Shown: in pieces, positions 9,623 to 18,486 of the stretch
Layout: the number at the start of each line of letters is the position of its first letter
How positions within the stretch are numbered: the stretch's first letter is position 1
Origin: a virus
Lineage: Duplodnaviria; Caudoviricetes
Reading direction: 5' to 3' (one strand)
IMG/VR virus record: IMGVR_UViG_3300027898_000001
Length of the DNA stretch: 64,000 bases
Position numbers and translations under genes: made by a program
The notes under the pieces: generated by a model
Seen by the model: only the letters and a program-made list of their open reading frames with translations
The model's database searches: none
What the model was told of the DNA's origin: nothing

Positions 9623-10060
9623 ATGTTTAATCGTGTTCGCAGTGACGCTAATGAGTTTCGTCCTGGATTGTTTGTTAATCGTGCCTTGTTGTCTATCGGT
9701 ATATCAGATACAACCGATAACGGTAATCTGATGCCTGGTTTATTTCCTTATACGTTTGCTTGTTACGATCCACGTTCCGTGAATCTTGACCAGTTGCATG
9801 TGCGAGTTTCCAAACTGTCTGATGAATTGAAAGCATTTTACACTCAGGTATCTCAATCGTTTAAATCACAGACACTCCAATGGTTTGCATTCCCCGTGAA
9901 CGTGAATGGTAGTTATGAAATCTGTGTTATGAATACACAAACATATATTGAATTCCGAAAAGGCAATATTGAAGATTTGCAAATTGATGGTTGTATTTCT
10001 TTAATTGGGGAATCTGACCTACCCTTTGTTGATGAACTCTCAGGATATTACTCATGTTAG
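9623..10060 (+). CDS. Hypothetical protein
   Basis: ORF track 9569-10060; ATG 9623 after AAGGA. Confidence 0.7.
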   Translation: MFNRVRSDANEFRPGLFVNRALLSIGISDTTDNGNLMPGLFPYTFACYDPRSVNLDQLHVRVSKLSDELKAFYTQVSQSFKSQTLQWFAFPVNVNGSYEICVMNTQTYIEFRKGNIEDLQIDGCISLIGESDLPFVDELSGYYSC

Positions 10061-11472
10061 CAAAATCAATAAAATCACGCCAGTTATTAGAATTGTTTAA
10101 TACACTAGCAACAACTCATACTTCTAGTGTTTGTAATACACCTGAGCACTTACAGGGTTCCAGTATTGATATGTTACTAGGGGATAGGCGTATCATGCAA
10201 CGACTTCCAAGAAAGACCGTTGTGTCTATATGTAAATCCGCGCGTGGAGGTGATTTAAAATCAATGCTTACATTATCTATGATGTATTCAGTTGGTTTAG
10301 GTGTACCTAAAGATGCGCACCTAAGTATTTGCTGGGCTAGCATGTCTATCTTAGAAGCCCCTCCAACTCCATTGAAAGAAATATATGATGCTTTACGTAG
10401 TCACGTATTGTGCATGACGGATGATTTTGTTTATCCAACTAGTCTTACCGCAATTCACAACTATTTTAGACCACCAAAAGCAGTATCGCACGACCAGATT
10501 AAAAAGCTCAATGGTCGTTATCGTGTATCTCCTGTATACAGCGGCATGCCTATAAATCTTGTTTATCGTTTCGCAGGTGGAGATTGTTTTCTCTATGATG
10601 TATTCTTTGATAAAGAGAAGGTTCTTTTAGATAAAGTTCATCGCTTAGATATTCCAAAACAATTTGGTGTTATTCGTAGTAAATCCACAATTGATGATTA
10701 CCGTACACGCGCTAAGAAACTCGCAGAAGACGATACACTCGACCTTATTGTGATATCTGGTACATTGGTCGTGCCTCGTTCTTTGCGGTCTTACGTTCGT
10801 AATAACTATCCAAAGTGTAGTTCAGTTTACGAGTTGTTTAACGCATTCCTAGAAGATAATAGAGAACGTAAAAACTTTGTAGACCCCAATGATATTGAAG
10901 GTATGCAGAAAGATTTGGAATCTACACGCAAACTTCTTGGCACTATTAAAGACGGTACTCTGGAATCTAAGATGCGCAGCGAGTACAACAGAAAACGCAA
11001 GAACTACAAAGCGACAAAAGATCTTTCTTTGAAAGATGACTGCTTGCGTTTGAAAGCAGAACATCAAAAACTGAAATCCGGTGCTTTATTACAGGAGTGT
11101 AAAGATACAATACGTAGATTGAAAGCGAGTATTGAAACATGCGAATCCTCCCAAGAGCAGGATAAGCTGAACCACAAGTACAGCTACCTTGAAAACGTAT
11201 TCCAGTTTGTTGCAACCACAGCCTATTACTACAATGAGGCTAAAAAGCGCATAATGTTGCCAATAACTTCAAACTTTAAATCACACATGAGTAGTTTGGG
11301 TTTCGATGTTAGCGGTATACTGGAGTCTGTGCATATAGTTACAGACAAGTTTGATACCAAAACCGTGTTATCTAAATTGCGTGATCCAGAATACGTTGTT
11401 CGTGGGCTTGTATTTCAACCCATTGACGTAAGTGTAAATAGTAAAGCATTATCAATCAACATAGAAAGGTAG
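10054..11472 (+). CDS. Sel1-like repeat fused to degenerate NAD-dependent DNA ligase adenylation-like domain
   Basis: ARGGDLKSMLTLSMMYSVGLGVPKDAHLSICW resembles Sel1; YRVSPVYSGMPINLVY, LIVISGTLVVP and YVVRGLVFQP resemble ligase motifs I, III and IV without the catalytic Lys. Confidence 0.45.
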   Translation: MLAKSIKSRQLLELFNTLATTHTSSVCNTPEHLQGSSIDMLLGDRRIMQRLPRKTVVSICKSARGGDLKSMLTLSMMYSVGLGVPKDAHLSICWASMSILEAPPTPLKEIYDALRSHVLCMTDDFVYPTSLTAIHNYFRPPKAVSHDQIKKLNGRYRVSPVYSGMPINLVYRFAGGDCFLYDVFFDKEKVLLDKVHRLDIPKQFGVIRSKSTIDDYRTRAKKLAEDDTLDLIVISGTLVVPRSLRSYVRNNYPKCSSVYELFNAFLEDNRERKNFVDPNDIEGMQKDLESTRKLLGTIKDGTLESKMRSEYNRKRKNYKATKDLSLKDDCLRLKAEHQKLKSGALLQECKDTIRRLKASIETCESSQEQDKLNHKYSYLENVFQFVATTAYYYNEAKKRIMLPITSNFKSHMSSLGFDVSGILESVHIVTDKFDTKTVLSKLRDPEYVVRGLVFQPIDVSVNSKALSINIER

Positions 11473-11482
11473 GGTACTCACT

Positions 11483-12637
11483 ATGAGTCAAGATCAAAAT
11501 GAAAACGCACCTAATTCACTATCTGCGCAGCAAGCTCAGCAGATTGCATCTTCACAACCATCACCAGAAGGGGTCATTATGTCGCAGCAGCCACAAGTCG
11601 CTACCGAAGAAACTGCAATTAATACGCAGTTGGTAGAATCTAACGTAGAGGTAGTACGTACACCCACAATCGCCGATTTATTGGGTGCAGATTCTACTTC
11701 AGTATTTAAAATCCAGCCGCGTTTTTTGCTTACGTTCACACCACGTGCGTATGATACATTACCAGATAAAGTTGTTATCCACGGTAACTACTACAACTTA
11801 CGCAGCCCACTTGCAACTGGTGAAGGTTCTGCCGCTAAGCCATTTGGTATTGTTCGTGAAGGGTTTGCGAATGCTGTTAAGTATTTGAGCGAATTGTCTG
11901 CTTCTACTAATTTGTCATACTTCGGTAAAGCTGCGGATGCTGATTTTGCAGTACAGTCATTGTCTGAACAAATTGCAAATACAGTGCAGTCAATCTTTTT
12001 AGAATTTAATAACGGTTCTGATACATTCGACATTCCAGAAAATGGCTTGAAAGATTACGTACACGCTGTAAGTGAAGACGGTTCACTTGATGTTAATTCG
12101 GAAGTTGAATACGTTGAAATTGATGTATCAAACATTTTCAACGTAGTTGTTTCTCCAACATTGAGTGTTCTTGAAACTGGTACTGTAATCAATATAAACG
12201 TGAATGTTAATGTTGTTATTCCACGCCTAGTTGATTCCGATACACCTGTTAAAGATATTCGTATCATGCACCGCATTGGTGAAAACTATGCTCGTTCATT
12301 TGGTATCGGTACTGAAAACTTCCGTAGTGCATTAGTGTTAGATAGTTCAAACTTGTTAAACGCAGATACTCAAAAGCTTATTGCCTCGTACAGCGAAGAA
12401 GGTGTTGTTGCTGATGTTGTTAATTACGGGTATTTTGAACAAGCGACTGCTAACAATGAGGACCGCCTTGAAATTCTGCCTATTGGTACAACTGCTCCTG
12501 ACGCATTTAACTCCGTATTCGCGTTCGGTGGTGATTTACTCATTATTGCAGCCTCGTTTCCAAAAGAAGCTGTTCCAGTTGCACAACCTACACCTGTCTT
12601 GAAAAAGAAAAAGAAATTGTTAAAACGCAGCCGTTAA
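11483..12637 (+). CDS. Hypothetical protein, 384 aa
   Basis: ORF track; TGTAAATA at 11433-11440 upstream; basic C-terminal tail. Confidence 0.75.
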   Translation: MSQDQNENAPNSLSAQQAQQIASSQPSPEGVIMSQQPQVATEETAINTQLVESNVEVVRTPTIADLLGADSTSVFKIQPRFLLTFTPRAYDTLPDKVVIHGNYYNLRSPLATGEGSAAKPFGIVREGFANAVKYLSELSASTNLSYFGKAADADFAVQSLSEQIANTVQSIFLEFNNGSDTFDIPENGLKDYVHAVSEDGSLDVNSEVEYVEIDVSNIFNVVVSPTLSVLETGTVININVNVNVVIPRLVDSDTPVKDIRIMHRIGENYARSFGIGTENFRSALVLDSSNLLNADTQKLIASYSEEGVVADVVNYGYFEQATANNEDRLEILPIGTTAPDAFNSVFAFGGDLLIIAASFPKEAVPVAQPTPVLKKKKKLLKRSR

Positions 12638-12693
12638 TCGTAAAACTGTAAATAAGTAATACGATAAACAAACTTCTACAAAAGGAGAATAAC

Positions 12694-13287
12694 ATGGCTG
12701 CAGGCTCTCGCCGTCTAGCTCGTTCTGATCGGGTATCAAAACGCTTACGCGGCATTAAAAAAGGTACAGGTATCAAATTGAAAGGTGCTATACATGTATT
12801 AAATGTGTATGCCTTGGTACCTGTTCAAGTGAATGGTTTTCTTGTTTCAATGAACAAGAATTTCATTGTCTTCCGTCACAAGAAAACTAACGCAAGTAAA
12901 AAGACCCGCGTTAGTACATTTCCAAGAAATTCTGTGATTGAAGTGTTTGGTCAAGTCGGTGAACCTTCGCAAGTTACAATGTGGCGCCGAAACTTGATTA
13001 GTTCTGTTCGCGGTCGTGTCACGTTGAACAATAAACAAGGCTCTGTAACTGTTATTGACTTAACTAGTGAAGAACCAACGACTATCTTCCTAAACGATTC
13101 TATTGAAATCGAGTTGTTTGCGGATGAAGAAGAAAAGGCGCAACGTGCACCTAAGAAACGTAAATCTCGACCTGTAGTGGAAGAGGAAGACGAATCTGAC
13201 GAGGATGATGAAGATGACTCCGATGAGGAAGACTTTGAAGAATCCGATGATGAGGAAGAAGACGAAGACGAAGAAGACCTCGACTAG
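12694..13287 (+). CDS. Basic beta-rich (possibly Sm/SH3-like) protein with acidic tail
   Basis: ORF track; AAAGGAG RBS; TGTAAATA at 12647-12654; C-terminal D/E run. Confidence 0.7.
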   Translation: MAAGSRRLARSDRVSKRLRGIKKGTGIKLKGAIHVLNVYALVPVQVNGFLVSMNKNFIVFRHKKTNASKKTRVSTFPRNSVIEVFGQVGEPSQVTMWRRNLISSVRGRVTLNNKQGSVTVIDLTSEEPTTIFLNDSIEIELFADEEEKAQRAPKKRKSRPVVEEEDESDEDDEDDSDEEDFEESDDEEEDEDEEDLD

Positions 13288-13353
13288 TCAAAAGTGTAAA
13301 TAAGTTTTGTAGTACCACATTCACAGTAACCCTAGATATAGGAAAATCGAAAA

Positions 13354-13785
13354 ATGGCTAAAAAGAAAGCAGCTCCAGTTTTAAACATTAGCGAATTGTT
13401 GGCAAACGCTTACCTGAATCTTTTGATGGAAGCTAAAGAAGCCGGTCTTGAAACTATCGAAGAACTGATTGCCCAGATCGAACCTCTTGCCGGCGATTCA
13501 GACTATGAGTCTGACGAAGACGAAGACGATGAGTCTGACGAAGACGATGACGATGATTCGGATGACGATGAAGACGATGATTCGGATGACGAAGACGATG
13601 ATTCGGATGACGAAGACGAAGATGATTCGGATGACGAAGACGAAGATGATTCGGATGACGAAGACGAAGATGATTCGGATGACGAAGACGAAGATGATTC
13701 GGATGAAGATGAAGACGAAGATGAAGACGAAGATGAAGACGAAGACGAAGATGAAGACGAAGACGATGAAGATTTTGATGACTAG
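13354..13785 (+). CDS. Extremely acidic protein (about 90-residue D/E/S tail)
   Basis: ORF track; TGTAAATA at 13295-13302 upstream. Confidence 0.75.
   Translation: MAKKKAAPVLNISELLANAYLNLLMEAKEAGLETIEELIAQIEPLAGDSDYESDEDEDDESDEDDDDDSDDDEDDDSDDEDDDSDDEDEDDSDDEDEDDSDDEDEDDSDDEDEDDSDEDEDEDEDEDEDEDEDEDEDDEDFDD
13555..13780 (+). repeat. Coding tandem repeat, core GATTCGGATGACGAAGACGAAGAT (DSDDEDED)
   Basis: Several exact 24-bp units plus 21-bp variants, then a GAAGAC/GAAGAT microsatellite. Confidence 0.85.
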
Positions 13786-13830
13786 TCTTAGTCCGTTACC
13801 TATTTAGTTTCAATTCGTTGCCAGATTTAC

Positions 13831-13858
13831 AGTGAGGTTAATTTGACCTCACTTTTTA
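13831..13858 (+). terminator. Putative intrinsic terminator
   Basis: AGTGAGGTT/GACCTCACT stem followed by TTTTT. Confidence 0.6.
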
Positions 13859-13916
13859 AAACAAATTTAGTTTATTCGACTAGATACAAACCTTTAATAT
13901 TTTGGAGAAATGAATT

Positions 13917-14378
13917 ATGGCTAAGACCATAGAAGTGCCAGCAGGTGAATTCAACCGTGCTTTGAGAAAACAACAACGCGCTGCCGCAAACACCGTTAAG
14001 TCTATCGAACGCGCTCTTGAAGCTGCACAAGCCGTTGCTGCTGGTGTTGAAGAACAACTCGCCCTAGTTAGTGGTGAAGCGCCTGCTAAAAAAGGCAAGA
14101 AAGTAAAAGCTGAAAAATCAGAAAAGAAATCTGGTAAGAAAGCTAAAGTTGCCAAGTCTGAAAAGGAAGAAAAACCTTCCAAGAAAGACAAGAAAGCCGG
14201 CAAGAAAGTAAAAGCTGAAAAGGAAGAAAAACCTTCCAAGAAAGACAAGAAAGCTAAAGCTACCAAGTCTGAAAAGTCAGGTAAGTCTGAAAAGAAATCC
14301 GGTAAGAAAGACAAAGTGAAAGTTAAAAAATCTGCAAAGCAAGCTGATGATGACTTCGGCGATTTTGACGACGAATAA
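13917..14378 (+). CDS. Lys-rich histone-like protein
   Basis: ORF track; GGAG RBS; repeated KKVKAEKEEKPSKKDKK with internal DNA duplication. Confidence 0.75.
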   Translation: MAKTIEVPAGEFNRALRKQQRAAANTVKSIERALEAAQAVAAGVEEQLALVSGEAPAKKGKKVKAEKSEKKSGKKAKVAKSEKEEKPSKKDKKAGKKVKAEKEEKPSKKDKKAKATKSEKSGKSEKKSGKKDKVKVKKSAKQADDDFGDFDDE

Positions 14379-14414
14379 TAAGCATTAGTGGTTTAATGAA
14401 GAAGTTGTGTTAAT

Positions 14415-14444
14415 AAAAATAGCGGCTATTTAGCCGCTATTTTT
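14415..14444. terminator. Bidirectional-type intrinsic terminator
   Basis: AAAAATAGCGGCT-ATTT-AGCCGCTATTTTT perfect inverted repeat. Confidence 0.75.
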
Positions 14445-14453
14445 CTATCTGAG

Positions 14454-15179
14454 GTGTCGGTTATAATGCACTGGAAACATTCGCGTTATCAAATTTTAAA
14501 TACTATTGTTGCAAACTGCCACACGTATGATGAAGCGTACCGTGTATTGCGCGAGTTGGAAGAAGACCGCAGCTTGTCTATTGATCTTGCCTTGGCAGAA
14601 AGTAACAGGGCAAAAGCCAAAGTCTTATCTTCTAAGACTATATTGAATGATGATGAGGAGCAGCAGTATAACAAGTTAAGATCGCAAGCCGATTTAGATG
14701 AAACAAGAGCAAGACGCGATGTTGCACAAGCCTGTTTAGATGAAGCTAGACGCGAATTAGAATTTATACGTGAGTTGATTGTACTCATTGACCCTCATAG
14801 AACGTATAAAGATTTACCAGATTATGAAGCTCACCAACGCATACAATTCTTAGAGTGGAAACTTGACCTAGTCTGGAAATCCTACAGTATGATATGTGCA
14901 GTTGGTAATATCTCATACGATCATTTCATTAGTATAAAGATGCATCCACACGCAGATAAGATAATGCCTGTGATAAACGAATTCTTGTCCATGTCTCGTA
15001 CTGGCGAACACGATAAGTTATTATCATTTACAAAGAATGATGTGTTCTCTAAGGTTTGTTCTGAACAAGAAATTTATATAGCCTCACCTATATCCCACAC
15101 GTTGGAGCTACATTATGAACTTCCAGGAACTACAGTCGCAACTGCAGGACTTGAATTCAAAGATTCAGGAACTGAGTAG
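14454..15179 (+). CDS. Hypothetical coiled-coil protein
   Basis: ORF track; helical E/R/L-rich segment. Confidence 0.7.
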   Translation: MSVIMHWKHSRYQILNTIVANCHTYDEAYRVLRELEEDRSLSIDLALAESNRAKAKVLSSKTILNDDEEQQYNKLRSQADLDETRARRDVAQACLDEARRELEFIRELIVLIDPHRTYKDLPDYEAHQRIQFLEWKLDLVWKSYSMICAVGNISYDHFISIKMHPHADKIMPVINEFLSMSRTGEHDKLLSFTKNDVFSKVCSEQEIYIASPISHTLELHYELPGTTVATAGLEFKDSGTE

Positions 15180-15465
15180 TCAGGTATATAGATTATTATC
15201 TATTGATGATGCTTATACTTTTGTGTGTTACTACGATTTAACTGAAATGCGTATGGATTATACTCTGCTATGTAACGGCATAGAAGTTAAAACATTGCAA
15301 GGTATTCCAATTCCTGTATTTTTGTCGTATTCGCGTTTGCTCAAATCTGTTGAGCATTGGCAAGACGGTACTGTTACTGAATTCCCTATTGCTGTTGTAC
15401 TACATGAAGAAGTATGTGACGATAAGGAAAACGAGTTTAGTTTGGACGAAGCTGAATTGAGGTAA
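15115..15465 (+). CDS. Hypothetical protein
   Basis: ORF track; GGAG upstream. Confidence 0.65.
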   Translation: MNFQELQSQLQDLNSKIQELSSQVYRLLSIDDAYTFVCYYDLTEMRMDYTLLCNGIEVKTLQGIPIPVFLSYSRLLKSVEHWQDGTVTEFPIAVVLHEEVCDDKENEFSLDEAELR

Positions 15466-15469
15466 CACT

Positions 15470-16144
15470 ATGTTTAGTGTTTATGCGTGTGGTTGTGTAA
15501 AGAAGAATGTATCTTGTGTATCTAGGTGCGAAGAACATGAGCGCCACGTTGTATCTACGTTCAATCTACATATACCTACCGACCACAATAAAAAGACTTA
15601 CCGCACGGATAACACAACTATTGTGTATGACGATATTCTCACATCTTTAAATAACATGCGTGATAAAAGTGTATCTCTGATTTGCACGTATCCTAATCAA
15701 ACAGAGTTTTGGGCTAGGGAAGAGTGTGGCACTGTTCGCTATCAAGATAAACTGTTTAAGCATTACTACAGATTATTAAATGATAATGGTTATGTTGTAC
15801 TCTTGGTAGAGTCGAACTTAATAATGCCTGCAACGTATGCCGCGCATGAATATAATTTTATAGTCCACTCTATAACTTCTATTAACACACCAGAATTGAT
15901 TAATGTTGATTGTTATGTTTCTGATTCCTCGAAATTTGCTATAGTATTATCTAAATCAGAAACGCCACCAACTGTGCCTAAATCTCTATTTAGTTTATTG
16001 CGTAACGTCAAAGGCACTGTACTTGACACCTCGTGTTTCATTACAGATATTGTACTCCAATCGAGTTTAACTAATCGCACGATAGGTTTGTGTTGTAATA
16101 TACACCACTACAATACTATCGTAAGTGCTTTAAGGAAACGATGA
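15470..16144 (+). CDS. Degenerate beta-class N6/N4 DNA methyltransferase-like protein
   Basis: DILTSLNNMRDKSVSLICTYPN (cf. D..e.l..l.d.svDlivTdPPY), YYRLLNDNGYVV (cf. RvLkpgG), GTVLDTSCFIT...NRTIGLC (cf. VLDPFxGxG...R..iGiE). Confidence 0.5.
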   Translation: MFSVYACGCVKKNVSCVSRCEEHERHVVSTFNLHIPTDHNKKTYRTDNTTIVYDDILTSLNNMRDKSVSLICTYPNQTEFWAREECGTVRYQDKLFKHYYRLLNDNGYVVLLVESNLIMPATYAAHEYNFIVHSITSINTPELINVDCYVSDSSKFAIVLSKSETPPTVPKSLFSLLRNVKGTVLDTSCFITDIVLQSSLTNRTIGLCCNIHHYNTIVSALRKR

Positions 16145-16145
16145 T

Positions 16146-17822
16146 ATGCCAAAGAAAAAGAAATATGTTCCTATAGCAAAATCTAAATCGAATACTAGTG
16201 GTAAGCCAAGTGCTGCTAAGAAAGAGGCTATGGATCGTGCAAAAGGGAAAAAGATGAAACCTAAACCACCTAAGAAACAAAACGACTATAACGTAAAACT
16301 CAGTTCCCTAAATCCAAAAACTCCTAAGCAGTTGCCCGAGACATACCACACGTTAAAAGGTATGACACTTAGGCAACTGCTTCGTGGCACTCCAAAGTTA
16401 TTTATCAATAACGCTGCTGATGTTATCGTCACAAAGGTTGCTAAGACGAAAACAAAATCAGGTATGCCTGCAATGAGCTGCATAGCTTATACTTCTGATC
16501 CTTATCGTCCACACAAATTGCGTAGAGACCATAAGCTGCATATTATTGGCCTCGATAAAACTAAAACTAATACGCCAGATTTAATAACCCCTGTAAACAA
16601 ACATAAGAAGGTCCTAGTAAGTTGCGATTGTATTGTAGGAGAGACCAGAGTTCTAACGTCAGATGGCTTAAAGACGGTATTCGCTATAGTAGAAGAGCCA
16701 AAACCTTATCATTTTCCTATACAATATGATATAAATGGCACATTGCATAGCGGTACTGCACCCTACTATAAGGGTGAAGCAAAGGTATGGAAAATTACAT
16801 TAAGTAATGGATTAAGTATAACTGCAACAAAAGCACACAGATTTTTACAGCATGTGAATCTAGGTAATTGTAAGTTATTGGAGCAGTGGACAAGATTAAA
16901 AGACCTAAATGTTGGAGATAAACTTTTAACACACGAAAATAAGCAATCAAAAGTTACACGGGACACCGAATTTTGGGAATGTTTCTTTTTGGGTGTTATA
17001 GAAGGATATGGAACACGTCAGCGTTTAGGTACACCTACATTAAAACTGTATGGGCATAAAAAATCTATATTGAAGCCGCTTACAGCATTAGGCGTTGTAA
17101 GTAATATTACAGATACCTCGTGTGGAAAAGGAATCAACGTATTCTTTAATCACAGAGCACTTGAGATTTGCTATAAGCACGATTTTAAACATCATTCTGG
17201 AATACGATTCGGCTCTTTAAAATCTACTATTGGATATCTTTCTGGATTAATAGCTACTGACGGAACAACGTATAAAGAGGGTGATTTTCTGCTTCGTGGC
17301 AATAAAGATACTCTATCTAATCTAAATGAAGCATTGCTATCTTTCGGCTATACTAGAACTACCATTTATATGGAACGTGCATCGGGTATTTCTGAAAACA
17401 AGATAAATGGCATCCAATTAACATCAACTAAGGAATTATGGGCAATTAGATTTAGTAGACAATCCGGTTTGTTGGAGCAAATTGTTCTGTCTAAATACCA
17501 CAAGGATCGAATTGATTTTGATAAGCCTATGCAGCCGCGAAAACCATTTGTTACAATTGTTTCAATTCAGTACGCAGGCAAGCAAAAGGTATACGATATA
17601 ACTGTACCGGGAGTAGAACGATTTGTTGCTAATAGTCTAATCGTACACAATTGCGAGGCATTCGTATTTGGAGGTGCTGAGTATGCTAACGCTACACGCG
17701 GTGCTAGTCGTATTGTTTATGGTAATGGTAATCCACCTGTGATAACAAATCCTGGTCTCCACCCATTTGCTTGTAAGCACCTCGTGGCGTTTGCTTACAA
17801 AATAATTAAGAGCGATATGTAA
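16146..17822 (+). CDS. SWIM-type zinc-finger protein interrupted by an intein
   Basis: Exteins join as VLVSCD|CEAFVFGGAEYAN...GNGNPPVITNP...FACKHL (CxC...CxH); predicted spliced length 217 aa. Confidence 0.8.
   Translation: MPKKKKYVPIAKSKSNTSGKPSAAKKEAMDRAKGKKMKPKPPKKQNDYNVKLSSLNPKTPKQLPETYHTLKGMTLRQLLRGTPKLFINNAADVIVTKVAKTKTKSGMPAMSCIAYTSDPYRPHKLRRDHKLHIIGLDKTKTNTPDLITPVNKHKKVLVSCDCIVGETRVLTSDGLKTVFAIVEEPKPYHFPIQYDINGTLHSGTAPYYKGEAKVWKITLSNGLSITATKAHRFLQHVNLGNCKLLEQWTRLKDLNVGDKLLTHENKQSKVTRDTEFWECFFLGVIEGYGTRQRLGTPTLKLYGHKKSILKPLTALGVVSNITDTSCGKGINVFFNHRALEICYKHDFKHHSGIRFGSLKSTIGYLSGLIATDGTTYKEGDFLLRGNKDTLSNLNEALLSFGYTRTTIYMERASGISENKINGIQLTSTKELWAIRFSRQSGLLEQIVLSKYHKDRIDFDKPMQPRKPFVTIVSIQYAGKQKVYDITVPGVERFVANSLIVHNCEAFVFGGAEYANATRGASRIVYGNGNPPVITNPGLHPFACKHLVAFAYKIIKSDM
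16629..17651 (+). mobile_element. Intein (341 aa) with LAGLIDADG-type endonuclease domain
   Basis: Begins CIVGETRVLTSDG; ends VYDITV...FVANSLIVHN followed by Cys; internal FLGVIEGYG and LSGLIATDG motifs. Confidence 0.9.
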
Positions 17823-17881
17823 AACTGTAAATACTGTAAATACTGTATGTAACCACTCAACTTTTTAGGAGTAATCTTTAA

Positions 17882-18472
17882 ATGACAGAACAACTCGAAC
17901 ACAATACCGAAGAATCAGAAGTAGAACATAAATTGCGTTATGATTTGCAAATGGCTCAACAAGAAATTCGAGAATATGCGCAGCAATTGCAAAGCGCACG
18001 TAATCAAGTACAAACAGCATCGGTGCGTATTGCTGTGTTGGAAGAACAACGCGATAGTCTTACAAAACAATTGACCGAAGCAAACTTCAATGCGCGTATC
18101 GCACAACAAAACACATTGAATGACTATAACAGTGTACTGCAACGTGAACGTGAGTCCTTTGCTATTGAACGTGCCGGTCATCACCAAGAGCTTACCGAAG
18201 TCCGTGCTGAATTGGCAGAAGTATTTGAAAAGTTCGGACTTATTAAACACAAGCAAAAACTTTCAGAATCTGAATATTCCCAAATCTTTGACGCGGCCAC
18301 ATGGTTGTTGAATGTTGCTAGTAAATTCAACGGTAACATTGAAAAGACCTTAGGAACAGAATTGGATATCGCTTCGGTTATTGAAGCATCGCGTAAATAT
18401 CCTCTGCTTCGCACCAGCCACGAAAAGATTACCAATTCTAAACTGAAGGAAATCTTCAACTTTATTGACTAA
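17882..18472 (+). CDS. Coiled-coil protein
   Basis: ORF track; AGGAG RBS; tandem TGTAAATA at 17826 and 17835. Confidence 0.75.
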   Translation: MTEQLEHNTEESEVEHKLRYDLQMAQQEIREYAQQLQSARNQVQTASVRIAVLEEQRDSLTKQLTEANFNARIAQQNTLNDYNSVLQRERESFAIERAGHHQELTEVRAELAEVFEKFGLIKHKQKLSESEYSQIFDAATWLLNVASKFNGNIEKTLGTELDIASVIEASRKYPLLRTSHEKITNSKLKEIFNFID

Positions 18473-18486
18473 CACTCGGTGCGTAT

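Noticed and set aside
13555-13780. Regular 24-bp repeats suggesting a CRISPR array
   Set aside because: The repeats are contiguous with no unique spacers, are in-frame coding for DSDDEDED, and no cas genes are present.
13469-13807. Alternative-frame MTKTKM-repeat ORFs (also 20383-20781)
   Set aside because: These are frame-shifted readings of the GAC/GAA repeats encoding acidic tracts, with no independent initiation signals.
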